NCBI RefSeq assembly: GCF_021869535.1
Contig: NW_026262668.1
Location: 30,628,001-30,692,000, forward strand
Reading direction: 5' to 3'
From: Mytilus californianus
Lineage: Eukaryota
DNA length: 64,000 nucleotides
In this document: positions 26,191 through 38,619 of the stretch, piece after piece
Layout of the letters: each line of letters starts with the position of its first letter
Numbering within the stretch: the first letter of the stretch is position 1
Made by a program: the position numbers and the translations under genes
Notes under the pieces: model-generated
Databases searched by the model: none
What the model was told of the DNA's origin: nothing
Seen by the model: the letters and a program-made list of their open reading frames with translations, nothing else

Positions 26191-29019
26191 CAGGAAAAGT
26201 TCAAATATTTTGAGTAACCCATCCGAGTCTCATGCGATGACGTCTGGAAATGTAAATGTAGCTGACCGAGCACAGGTTTATCCTACTTCTACAACCTCTA
26301 CCTTACCTGATTTACATGTTCCGTCTGTAAATGTTCCAGTCTCCGATCCACAACCCGCTTTCTGCTCACAGTCAAACATGAACAGCAGGATTAACTCCAT
26401 TTTTTACGGCGCCAATCTTCAAGTTCAAAACTTGAATGTGTACATATGTAACACACAAAATCAACCATGCAACAATGTCAATAATCAGTGATTGTCACGG
26501 TCAGTTCGAAATTCTGAAGCATAGCACAAATCATACACTTTTGTCTTAAATCGGACATTATTTTTCTTATTTCTTTTTACTGTTGAAATTAGTTGTTAGT
26601 TCTTATGTTATAATAAATAATTATTAACTTTGAGCGATGTATTGAAATGAAGTTGCCAAGAAAAAAATGAATAAACCACGTGGGCGCAAGTGAAACGAAG
26701 TCGGGGTACTGTCTAATGACCCTTAACAGGACTTTGTATTTATTAGAGAGCAACCCAACAACCTTTCCTTTAGTCTAAATCTAGGGTAGGGTTCGGCCTA
26801 TGCTTTCGCTCTAGGACTTCAATTATAGTTATGCCCGTCTTTAGAATATTTTAAAGTTTTATTAGGTATATAAATTACAGGTTTATGCCACCAGTTTATA
26901 AATGGTTTAAACCTGTGTTTTCAAGAACTATATATCTGATGGTTATTATACCCAGATATCCAGTCACAAGTAGCTTCTAGAATCTTTCTCTAACAGTTGA
27001 TAAAGAGTGACTAATCTGCTCTTATGACCAATCAGATGCTAATCTGTGACCTTGACCGCAGTCATACTTTCATAGTATCGGACTGTATTTACCAACATTT
27101 ACGTCACAAGACAGAACAGGAGCTGGCGGTGTACCAATAAAAGGTTTTCGAGGATATTCAATGAATTTGCAGTATAAATCACAAATTCGATCAATTGTTC
27201 TGGTAGAAGTTCAGTATATTATTTGTCTCATCGATTCCATACCACAAGCATCAAGCTGCATCTCGGATGGAATATCTCTCAGTATATTTAATTCTTACTC
27301 AAATATGAAAAACAATCCCAATCTATCTCTATAGTAAGTCTCAGAGTAAAGCTACTCCATGTAAACAAGTTTGGGGTTAAACAATGAATAAAGGTGGGAC
27401 AGACCGACGGACGAAATGTAACAATCCGACCTGATAATAGTGGTAGTTTCCAGCACAAGACAACAAACGTAAAGTCAGACTTTTCGAAAACAAGTTCTCA
27501 ATTTCAAGGCCAGTAAATTAACAGGAATACCAAATATTCAAATAATAAGAACCAGTGTGTAAATCAATGAAGGAAAGTTGAAACAAAATAAGACTCGTTC
27601 TGTCCTGAAAATGCTTTTACACAAACGGTCTGTAGTCAGGAAATACTGAAACACATGCTCAATGGGAATGGCTGATGTCTAAGTTATTTCCTATACAAAG
27701 GGGAGTAACAAGAATTAATTTTTAATTGTCACAAAACTTAACTCAGGCCAGGGACAAGGCGTTTATCTATAATAAAATAATTCAGTAAAGTACAACTTTT
27801 ATTGAACAACACACAACTGTTATTATACAATATAATTCAGCGGCGTCTCAAAGTGCATTTATGATTTTTTTTATTCCCAATGTTCTCTTATTCAGTGGTC
27901 TCTATTTCTTAGACCACAAAAGTAAATGTTTTTACAACTGTAATTTTGTCTAAAGACTCACTCTGCCATTCTGTCCAGAGTCTGCACTTAAAACTCGCTT
28001 GTTAACATTTTAATACTTTAAATTTCTTTCTTTAAGTTCAAGTCATAGATTTGAGACACGTACAGAAATGTCAACAAATAATGACCCCGCACTTTAATCA
28101 TTTCACAAGCAATCTATAAATAATTTTAACCTAAACAACGGACAAGCTGAACAGTTAATCGAATATCGATACTCGCAAACTGACAACTTTTATTCAGTTC
28201 AAGAACTTTTCGAAAACTCAGCTCACAATTTAACTCATTTAACCCGCGAACCGCTTTCTAAATAAACTACGTCTCAATACGTAAATATTCAAAATTTCCG
28301 CTTAGATATTCAATGCAAACCTTGACCAAATCTAGCCAGTTCTAGTCAACCAAAATATACATCAAATGGGAGGGGGAATTCTTACCTAGAAAACGTCGAA
28401 ATACACATTTGCTTCAATACCCTAAATACAGCACAAACATAGCGCGAGATTCCTCGCCGAGACCACTTCAAAAAAAATCGCGCACATGATGGAAAGTTCC
28501 CTCTTTACCTATACGTCTACACACCTGAGAATCTGAGCTGGGAATGATTTCCAGAAGACAAACACTGCACGAGCTAAATTTCCCCGAGAACTTAATCGAG
28601 CTCTCTGATTGCTTGAGATCGGAAAAATAGTTTGAATGCTAATGCCAGGTTTGTTACGTCACTAAAATTTAATGAATGAAAAATTCGGAAAGTACTGAAA
28701 TAATAATAATCAATCTTTCTGAGAAAACAATTAAAAATCACTAATAATGAAATATATAAATGAACCAAATAAAGTGACTCACAAACGTTACAGTATTACT
28801 GTTGACCATGCGAGATTCTTTTCGCCGTACCGGTCATCAGCTGATTGTGTGATTTTTTTTTAATATTATTACGCGGGCCTCAAAGGTGAAATATACAAAA
28901 ACTAATATATTTTAAATCGATAATAAATGCAATAAATGTAAGTTTTTCTGTCTTTCAAAGCAAAAACAATGTACAAAATTAATTGCAAGATACAGACAAT
29001 AACTGTTTAGTGTCTTTAA

Positions 29020-29335
29020 ATATCAGCTGTACTTGTACTCGGCTCGAAACAGGAGTAATCGCTCGCTGAAGCTCGCATTACACCTGTTTCTTAGTCTCGT
29101 ACAAATACCGCTGATATTAATATTAGACCTTTTCAACAACTCTCGACACTGACTAATGACACCTACAATTTACAGGTGAAATAGAGGGGTCGTATCAAAG
29201 ATTAAAACCATTCAGGTATTTCTATTAATAACAGCTGTATTTGTACGAGGCTATAAGAATCAGGTGTAATACGAGCTTCAGCGAGCTATTACTCCTGTTT
29301 CGAGCCGAGCTGAAATAGAGGGTCGTATCAAATCT
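29020..29335. mobile_element. Pair of palindromic MITE-like units in inverted orientation
   Basis: 29021-29119 is an imperfect hairpin; 29228-29310 is its reverse complement; tgaaatagaggg(g)tcgtatcaaa is repeated at 29177 and 29311. Confidence 0.7.
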
Positions 29336-29908
29336 ATTTATAAACCATTTCACAATTTCACTTGTGCGGTCAATGGTATAATCCTTTTTTTATCGGTAGA
29401 ATTTTTAGTTTCAAGTTACAATATTATGCTGCGGCCTTACATTTAATCTCTTTCCTTTTGTCGGGGCCGTTCAGATTTTACTGCTTGCATTTTGTTGATG
29501 ATTCCACGACAGTATTGAAGATCACACGTTAAATCTGAATGTCTGTTTTATGTGTTGCATTGTGTGATTTTATGCTTTATTGGTGCCGTGTCCATTATCA
29601 GTTCTTTTTCTCAATATTGTAAAAGTCTATTTTGTGCTTTTAGAACTAAATAAGTATAACAAAATTATAAATTGGACAAATATCTAAACGATCTGTAAAA
29701 ACTGTCACTGAATACAGATATTATTAGAACATAACATTGGTGAATTAAAAAAACTACGAAGTATAAAGTACATTATGGAGGCATCCGAGGCCCAAAATTT
29801 TATACTTTGTAATGACATGTGCCGCGCTTGTCAATAGACGTAAAAAAATGTTTGATTAAACATTTACTACATAATTATTAGTTTTTCTTTTTCCCAATTT
29901 AACATAGT

Positions 29909-32890
29909 ATTGATTGATTGTTGGTTGCTTAACGTCCAGTGGCAAATATTTCATGCATGTTCAGGGCGAGAACAAATTAACAATACATACAATAGGTAGG
30001 TTATTTAATAGAGACCGTCTGGGAAGAAGGCCGGGGAAATTTGGACTGCAACTGGTAAATGAAGGTATATTGGTATGTCATTTACTTACAAATGCGACAA
30101 AGTCTACATTCAGCATATTTACTGAAAAAAGCAAGAATACACAAAATATGAGAAAATCAAAACCATGGTTTGATAGCGAATGTAATAAAGCTAGGAAAAA
30201 GTTTCGGTCTAGTAGACGAAAACTTAAGCGTATAATCATACTGACGTCACAGTGAATGAAACAAAGAAACTAGAAAAGAGTTATAAAAGTAACAATAGTG
30301 GATAAGAGTATTGGTAAACATAGAAAGAAAATTCGAAATAAGATAGACAACTTGAAATCGATTAACCCGAAAGAATACTGGATGATATTGAACGGTGGTA
30401 GAAGGGGAAGCAATCCATGTGTACCTATATTAATATTTTGTTTGATTATTTTAAGAATTTAAATTTAGGAAATTCTGAAGATGATGAGATTGTTTTAGAA
30501 AATCAGAACAATGTAGAAAATTTAAATGTTATATTAAACTCGCCTATTACAGAAGAGGAAATTGAAAAATCTTTGAGAAAATTGAAAAACAATAAATCAT
30601 CGGGTGATGATATGATTGTAAATGAATATTTGAAACACTCATTTTGTGTTATGTCACAGGTGTTTGTGAAACTTTTTAATATCATATTTGACAGTGGAAT
30701 AATTCCTGATGTTTGGCTGTCTGGAAATATAATACCCTTGTATAAGAATAAAGGAGTCAAACAAGATCCTAGCAATTTTAGACCTATAACAGTTATAAGC
30801 TGCTTTTGGAAATTATTGACTTCTATTTTGAATTCACAATTGAATAAATTTTCTGACGATTTTTGTTTATTATGTCAAAATCAAGCTGGTTTCAGAGAAG
30901 GTTATTCAACTACAGATAACTTATTTGTTATTTACATGCTTATTAGTATCATGAAAAATAAGAAAAAGAAATTATTCTGTGCATTCGTTGATTTTGTTAA
31001 AGCCTTTGATACTGTTTGGAGAAAGGGTCTTTGGCATACATTACTTGTAAATGGTATTAACGGTAAAATTTATAAGGTAATTTTTAATATGTACACTGGT
31101 ATTAAATCTCGTGTTCTATATAAAGGTGAAATGTCAGAATACTTTTCATGCAATATTGGTGTAAGACAGGGTGAAAATATGTCTCCATTTTTATTCTCAT
31201 TATTTTTGAACGATCTTCGGCAGTATATTGAAGAAAGAAATATGTGGGATTTAAATTGTATTACTGATGAAATAGAGGATGAGTTTGATATCTACTTAAA
31301 ACTTTTTGTGTTATTGTACGCAGATGATACAGTGTTATTTTCTGATAATGCATTTGATCTGCAGTTGCATTTAGATATATTCCATGATTATTGCAGTACC
31401 TGGAAATTGAAAGTAAACACTAATAAAACTAAGATCATAATTTTTTCTGGTGGTAGATTACCCAATAATATCAATTTTATATATGATGGTAATTGGAGAT
31501 AGTTAACGAATTGACTTACCTTGAGTTGAATTTTTCAAGAACAGGTAGCTTTATGAGTGCTACGAAAATTTAAGTTCGAAAAGCAAATAAAGCAATGTAC
31601 GGAGTATTGAAAAAGGGGAGGTTGCACAACTTGTCAGTGAAATCTCAATATAATCTTTTTGATAAAGTTGTGAAGCCAATCCTACTATATGGATGTGAGA
31701 TTTGGGGTTTCAGTAATACTGATATTATAGAAAGATTGCATTTGAAATTTTGTAAATTACCATTAAATCTTAAGAAGTCAACACCTAATTTTATGATTTA
31801 TGGTGAACTTGGTATTTATCCCTTATCTTTATATATACAGCTGCGTATGGTTAATTTTTGGTCAAAAATTGTAAATGGGGATGATAACAGGATTGCTAAA
31901 ATAATATACAGATACATGTTCTGGAAGAATTCCCAAAACCAACTTAGGTCAGATTGGTTGAAATACGTTAAAGATACATTAGATAGCTGTGGATATAGCA
32001 ATATATGGTTGTCACAAGGAAATTTTAATTCTAAATGGTTTGGTATTAGTTTAAAACAAAAGTTATTTGATCAGTTTCAACAGAAATGGAGAGCAGATAT
32101 TGACTGTGCATCAAAAGGTTTAGCTTACAAATTATTTAAACATAATTTTGATTATGAAGAATATCGATCTGAATATTTTGAATGATAAAGATAGAATAAC
32201 ATATTTTAGATTAAGAACGGGAAACCACAAGTTACCCATCGAAACTGGTAGATGGAATAAAATTGAACGTAACTATAGATATTGTAATTTGTGTCAATGT
32301 AACGAGATTGGTGATGAATTTCATTACATTTTGCAGTGTAGTTCTTTGGCAAATTTTCGAGCACAATATCTGGATACTTTTTTCTTGCACAGAATTAAAA
32401 TACTAAAGTTTGGAAAACTATTTCAGTTAAAATACAAAAGTAGTTTAAAAAAGCTGTGCAAACTTATCAGGGTTATAACTTTTCAAGTGAGTCTTCCTGG
32501 TTAATCACCACTCTTCGTCACTACTGTTTATTTTATTTAGATTCTTTTTATCTCATCTTGTCGTGTGTGTTTATGTTATAACTTTTGATGAACTTCTTTG
32601 CACCATTATAACTATAAGGTTCTTAAGAAATAAAGAATCTTGGTAAAGGACAGAAATTTAGCCTTGCAACAGGCCACCTGCGGAGCCCTCAAACTGTTAT
32701 TGCAAGGGTTCTTAAAACGTGCAAAGAGCGTGACACTCTCTTTACACGAGGCATCGGATTTAACGTCCTCATTCTGACCGGACATGGCTGCAACTTTAAT
32801 ATCCCGCACAGCCAAACGGACAAGAGTTGTACTGCCGGTTGGAAGAAGACCTAGTAACCATATTTCTATTCCCCAGTCACCCTTGGGCGA
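29909..32890 (-). mobile_element. SINE-like element split into 29909-30075 and 32640-32890 by a LINE insertion
   Basis: The two halves join into a copy colinear with the uninterrupted element at 53357-53786; (TCAA)n tail on the minus strand. Confidence 0.85.
30076..32639 (+). mobile_element. 5'-truncated non-LTR retrotransposon (LINE; RTE-X-like by recall), RT plus C-terminal Cys/His domain
   Basis: ORF pieces 30417-31502, 31595-32185 and 32148-32504: QAGFR, FVDFVKAFD, GVRQGENMSPFLF, YADD (31317-31328), GELG, KLPIETGRW..CNLC..GDEFHYILQC; ends aataaagaatc; TSD ttggta at 30070-30075 and 32640-32645. Confidence 0.93.
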
Positions 32891-34051
32891 TGAAGCTAGA
32901 ATCTCAACTTCTAGAATGATTAGAAAGAATATTAAAGACATCCCTTTTATTCATATTCCATTTAAAAATGAAAGCATAGTTAAATCAACAAATGCAGTAC
33001 AACCAAAACAAGAAAAATATCGTTGTGGTATAAATAAATATAGGCAAACATTTTTTTTTGCAATTCAGTTACAGACTATGCAATCAATAAAACTTTTGAG
33101 ACGACCACTCACATCTTACCTGTCGTAGTCGTTGTCATCTGTAGGTGTAGACAATTGTTAAAAAGGTATAATTAAAGATTGTCTATATACGTGTAACTTA
33201 CCGTGGCGTCTTTACAGGACAAGGTCACCATAATAACAGGTAAAGATATCTTTTTTTTTCAGCAAACTTTCCAAAATACATGTATATGTTCACGAAAAAG
33301 GCTTAGCATATTATGGGTTTTTGTCGGTCTAACATCAAAACCTTTTGATTTTCTAGGGGATGACAGGAACTTTGATAAAAAAAAGTCCCCAGTTCTTTGT
33401 TATTTCGAACATTTTGTGAGGATGGCAGATATTTGATATACTCTGTTTACTTTTAAAGTGCCAATCTGCCTAAAAATCAGGCAGATGTGGAAACATGACA
33501 AACAAAAACTCACTCCAGTTTACATTAATTTATTTTCAAATTGTATAATGGTTTACTTTTCCTGTTCTGGTAATTCAAGATATAATTTGGTTGAAATGCA
33601 CTACAAATTAAAAATTAAGGGGAGATAACTCCATAATTTGCTATTATTCTAACCAAAAGTTATCTAGAGATTTCTCGAATTACCAGACACGCAGAAACAA
33701 AAGACCTACCATTTCTTACTCAGGATGAGGGTAACTTCAAAATAGGATGGTTAGGTTGGTGGGTTTTTTTCGGCCATGTTTTGAAATTTTCTAAATTGCC
33801 TGATTCTTACAAAGACTGGCACTCATATATATAATTAAATTTACAAGGTTTAACACTCATGGCGATTAAGAGCTTGACATATTGAATGGAAACATGTTGT
33901 TGAAACTGAATGTTGAACTTTTAACAGACAACTTTTCATTATTTGTGCTGTTGGGTTTCTGTCTAAATAATATAGATCCGACAAATGTTTATAAAGACCC
34001 AACGAAACGCCACGAGTGCATATAGTTTTACTAACGTCTATAAATATACAT

Positions 34052-34145
34052 AGCAAGGGTTCGAATCCCGCTGAGGGAAAAACAAAAATTTCCTAACGCA
34101 AATTTGAAGATCTAACATAGTTGGGCTAAATTTGAGACGAATTAT
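34052..34145 (+). mobile_element. tRNA-derived SINE fragment (B box)
   Basis: GGTTCGAATCC at 34058-34068 with no tRNA cloverleaf; not seen at the equivalent intron-1 position of copy A. Confidence 0.5.
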
Positions 34146-34265
34146 AAGTTTCCGCATGCTAACTTGAGTAACCCTCAACCAAATCATTTGAAAGGAAAAT
34201 GCTGTTAGGGACCAGTAAACATAGATTCAGTTATATTTTATCGATTTCACTTTTAATTAATAAAG

Positions 34266-34504
34266 ATATCATTACGTGATTATTTCTGTATTGGCCTTGT
34301 TATTGGTCCTCGGCCAGCTGTATTGGTCTTGTTATTGGTCCTCGGCCAGCTGTATTGGCCTTGTTATTGGTCCTCGACCAGCTGTATTGGCCTTGTTATT
34401 GGTCCTCGGCCAGCTGTATTGGCTTGAGGCGAAGCTGCAGGCCAATACAGCAAACCTCGAACCAATAACAAGGCCAATACAAAAATAATCACATAATAAT
34501 ATCA
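34266..34504. mobile_element. Foldback MITE with a 32-bp tandem expansion in the left arm
   Basis: Unit tgtattggccttgttattggtcctcggccagc at 34287, 34319, 34351 and 34383; right arm aggccaatacagc...aaggccaatacaaaaataatcac is the inverted complement. Confidence 0.75.
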
Positions 34505-37206
34505 TAATATATATAATGATGTATACTCTAAAAAAATGCCATAAAATATAGGGTAATTACCATTTGTTACAAACTTCTAATCTCACATTTGCATGTTGTT
34601 CTTTTAAACGGTGATATTCAATATTGATACATTTCGTCCAATACGGAAAAAATCAATATTGGCCGAGTTATTCTGTATTGGCCGAGTTGACACTTTTGTA
34701 TTGCAAAGGCAGTTTTCATCATATTAATTCCAATAACAGAGTAGTTAATTAATAAAATATATAAATGATATGTTTTTACTTCAGGTGCAAGTTCGGGTAT
34801 TGGAGAATCAACTGCATTACTGTTTGCTGAGAGCAAAGCAAAGGTAGTTCTAGCAGCTAGAAATGTCGAGAATCTTGAGATAGTAGCATCCTTGTGTAAG
34901 TCTAAAGGATTATCGAAAAATGATGTAAGTTTATTAATCAAGCAAAGCCTACAATAGTTTTCAGTACAAGTAATTCGTCAAGTTTAAATTTGTTGTTGTT
35001 TGCTTACAAATTGAACGTCCAGTCGCAAATATTTAATCCATATTCGGGATGAGAACAAATGAAATAAAAAATTATAAATCATGCCAGCCTGTAAGATCTT
35101 TAAAGTGGGCCAACCGTAATGAAATATAGAATGTCAATGGGAAAAAGGAAATGTTGGATATATAGGCATACATTTTGCGTTGTAAGAGGCCACCGATGTA
35201 CCCCTACACGATTTGTTGCTATCATTATCCAACGTACAGGGAACGTTGCACTCTCTTTTCATGAGACATTATTTATATTTGATCATTACGCTTCTAAATA
35301 GTTCTTGTCTAAATATTTAAACTTGAGTTTTACTTATGTTCCAGATTTAGTGTAAACATATTTTATTTGCTACATTTAAGCAAAATGGAATAGAAACAAT
35401 TAAACAATACTTATGATATCTTCTCAATAATACAATGGATTTTAAGTCCCCACTCCAACAAGGCGTGGCTGTGTATTTATACATCCTATGCAGACAAACG
35501 AACTTCTCTTACCATAGGTCTCACTGTCGGACAGAAGTTCCTTTGACCTAAGTTATTACTATACTATACTTTTAAACGTTTTGTGCATTTTTGTGCGTTA
35601 ACGAACCATTACAACAGCTCTTCTATGGGTATGCAGGAGACCTGTTGCAGTGCAAAATATCCCATCTCAATATTCTCTCTTTCTCAATGCAAGGTAAAAC
35701 CTGCCTTTCATCCCGGTCGACCTCCTTTTCAAAACCAGCCTATTGAATGTATTCTTAATTTGCTCTTGTCAAGAGAATGCATGATTGCCACTTCAGGTTA
35801 AGCAAACAAATATACAAGGTCATAGAATGTACCTCTGGAATAGGGCACATTTTCCAGCTTAAAAATAAGTGAATAGGTGGGGAAAACTATCAGAAATATA
35901 TGATAAGGTCAATAAAGTTCCAATTATTAGTTAATTCTTCTTCGTCTGTCATTTTTCTTGGTGTTAGCGACTGTGTTTTTATCCACAAATTTCCCCTCTT
36001 TTAACATTTTGGTATTCCACTGTTCAAACACACCACACGAAATCCAACCAATACAGGAAAAGGTTACATTTTCCCTACGCAATAATTATGTGAAAAGGTA
36101 TACATTTTTAAAATCTAAATCATATGAAAAGGGTGGGGTAACAGAACCCGAGCGGCACCCCCAATAAATTAAGTATTGAAGTGGTCCCCCCGAGATGTAT
36201 ACAAAAGGCATTATTGGTATAGTAATGAGCGCAAAAAAGAGAAGTCGCTAATGAGTATTCGAAAAGATGAAATGAAAGATTTTATAATTCTATTTTATTT
36301 TTAATCAAAATGTGTTTGATTAAGCATGAATTTTATATTGGACAAGATAAATAACCAACACATATCGTAATAGTTTGTTTAGTTTAAAAATAATTTATTG
36401 TTCATGAACTATATACACGCAGTTGTTTATGTTGCGTTGAACACTTATGTCTCAATATTGATGTCAATTTTCCAGATATTGGTTATTCCTTGCGACGTCA
36501 CTAATGACGACAATTTGAAGACATTAGTCGATGAGACCGTAAAGAAATTTGGAAGAATTGATGTTCTGGTATGTAACAAGTGTATTGCTGATCAAAAACA
36601 AAAATGTACTAATAAATATTTACAACAGTATTCTGACAATATAATGATATATTTTGTTTTTTTTTAAGTTTAAAACCAAGTTCTCCTACAGTTTACTGTC
36701 AGATCTCAATAACTGGAATTGAGGACAAGGGGCACTTGAGGTCATTTGTTGTGTTATGTGTTTGATATTTTGTTTTATTTTGATGTAAATGTAAATGTCA
36801 TCATTATATTGTTGTTTATACAGATAATTAATATGCCTTTGACCCTCTTATGGGTGTAATTTGTGCTTAATAAAGTTAATTTAATAACTTATTTAAACTA
36901 AATAAAAACCAAGTTAAAACAATGATATTACATTGAAAAAAAAATTTAACAGGAAAACAAATTAATAATGTCAGATACCGTTTACACTTCACATTACATA
37001 TCCTTCCATCTGGTATACCGGTATACTAAAGTATGTTCGATATCAAATTGTTTTGACGTTAAATACTACATTTGTCTGAAGATATCGCCAGCCCAGTAGC
37101 AAGTACTTCGGTACAATGAAAATACGGATATTGTTTGATTGGAATTTGTCATGTCTAGATTTGGCTATACTGTAGGCGCTTTTGGGGTTGATAAGCTCTT
37201 CATTAA

Positions 37207-37700
37207 TTATACAGCACGCAACAAAGGTTGCGTGGGGTATAATGTTTTTGACCCGTCAGCCCGTCAGTCTGTCAGACCGTTCGTTTGTCCGTCCGTCCGT
37301 CAGTCCTGTTGGTGTCATTGCAACTCCTCTATAACCACACATCAAGAAACTTTGTAGATATTAAGGACATACTATGTAAATGTGCATATCGACAGGACGT
37401 TATGATTCAATTTTTTTTCTAAGAGTTATGTACCTTTGAACTTAGAATTTATAAGAATTTTGAATATACTACTGCAACATTTTGTCATCACAACTCCTCG
37501 GAAACCACTCAAGAGAATTTCATGAAACTTTGTAGTCAATGAGGACATACTATGTATATGTACATACCCACAAGAATATCAGTTGTATATTGTAGGAGTT
37601 ATGAGTCTTTGAACTTAGGAATCTGGTGAGATTTTTGTTCGCCAGTAACAATGTAAGGGCGTGGGGTATGTGAGCGTGCTCCCAAAGGTTCTTTCAATTA
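37207..37700 (+). mobile_element. HINE-like element in intron 3 of copy B
   Basis: 5' hairpin cacgcaac-aaag-gttgcgtg; GTCC microsatellite; internal repeats; 3' gcgtggggtat inverted repeat; not seen in copy A intron 3. Confidence 0.75.
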
Positions 37701-38524
37701 TTTTGGCCTCGAGCACCGAAATGCGCATCTGATGCAGTAAAATTGGTACCGGTAAAGTTATTGAGAACTATTTTTAAATTTGCAATCTTTGATACATAGT
37801 GACAGTTTAAAAATTGACACAAATCATGATCATGACGTCATCTGTTTTCATTTTTTATCAGATCAATAATGCAGGTAAAGGAAATATGGGTAATGTAACG
37901 GCGACATCAGCAGCTACTCTAGACGATACAATGAACACCAACTTCAAATTGAGTTATAATTTGTCCAGGCTTTGTGTTCCACATCTTATTAATTAAACTC
38001 AAGGTGAGTACAGATCACTAACTTTAAATCGAGTTATAATTTGACTAGGCATTCTGATCCACATCTTATTAAAACTCAAGGTGAGTACAAAAAAGCAAAC
38101 TCTCTAAACCGAAAACGTATATGAATTTTGCACATGAGGGCTGGTACATAGTTATATAGTTATATTTTTAGTCCGTATTGTATAAGGGAAAAACACGAAA
38201 TTGCCGCATCCACCCAAAGTAAAACGCACATAATAATATTTGATATTTTGAATATAAACGATCAGACATCAGTTTGTTTCAAAATAAATTGTGGATCCTT
38301 CTGCTAATTTTATACATACGTTCATTATCATGTCACTTTTGCAAGATTTCACCTAGAGACGATCAATACATACTATTTAATCTATAGTCTGGTTCTGAAA
38401 TAGCAAAATGTCATAAAGGTATAAGGGTTATATTCGAAAACAATAACATATCATAACCAGGAATAAGTTCGAATTGCACTGAAACAAAACAGATTTCTTA
38501 AAACACGCCTTTGCAGCAAACACC

Positions 38525-38619
38525 CAAACTCCGAAACAGTGGTAACGTCCTCCTTGCTACGCTACATTGACTGTAAATGATAGTTTAGCGAAGCAACGTC
38601 ATCACTGTTTCGGAGTTTG
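38525..38619. mobile_element. 95-bp MITE with perfect 17-bp TIR and 9-bp TSD
   Basis: caaactccgaaacagtg / cactgtttcggagtttg; TSD gcaaacacc at 38516-38524 and 38620-38628. Confidence 0.9.

Noticed and set aside
34052-34145. tRNA gene (B box; also the A-box-like sequence at 62506)
   Set aside because: Only single internal promoter boxes and no cloverleaf; these are SINE fragments.
34287-34425. 32-bp repeat array resembling CRISPR repeat length, and ORF 34276..34488
   Set aside because: No spacers; it is a tandem expansion of a MITE arm, and the ORF is the translated repeat.
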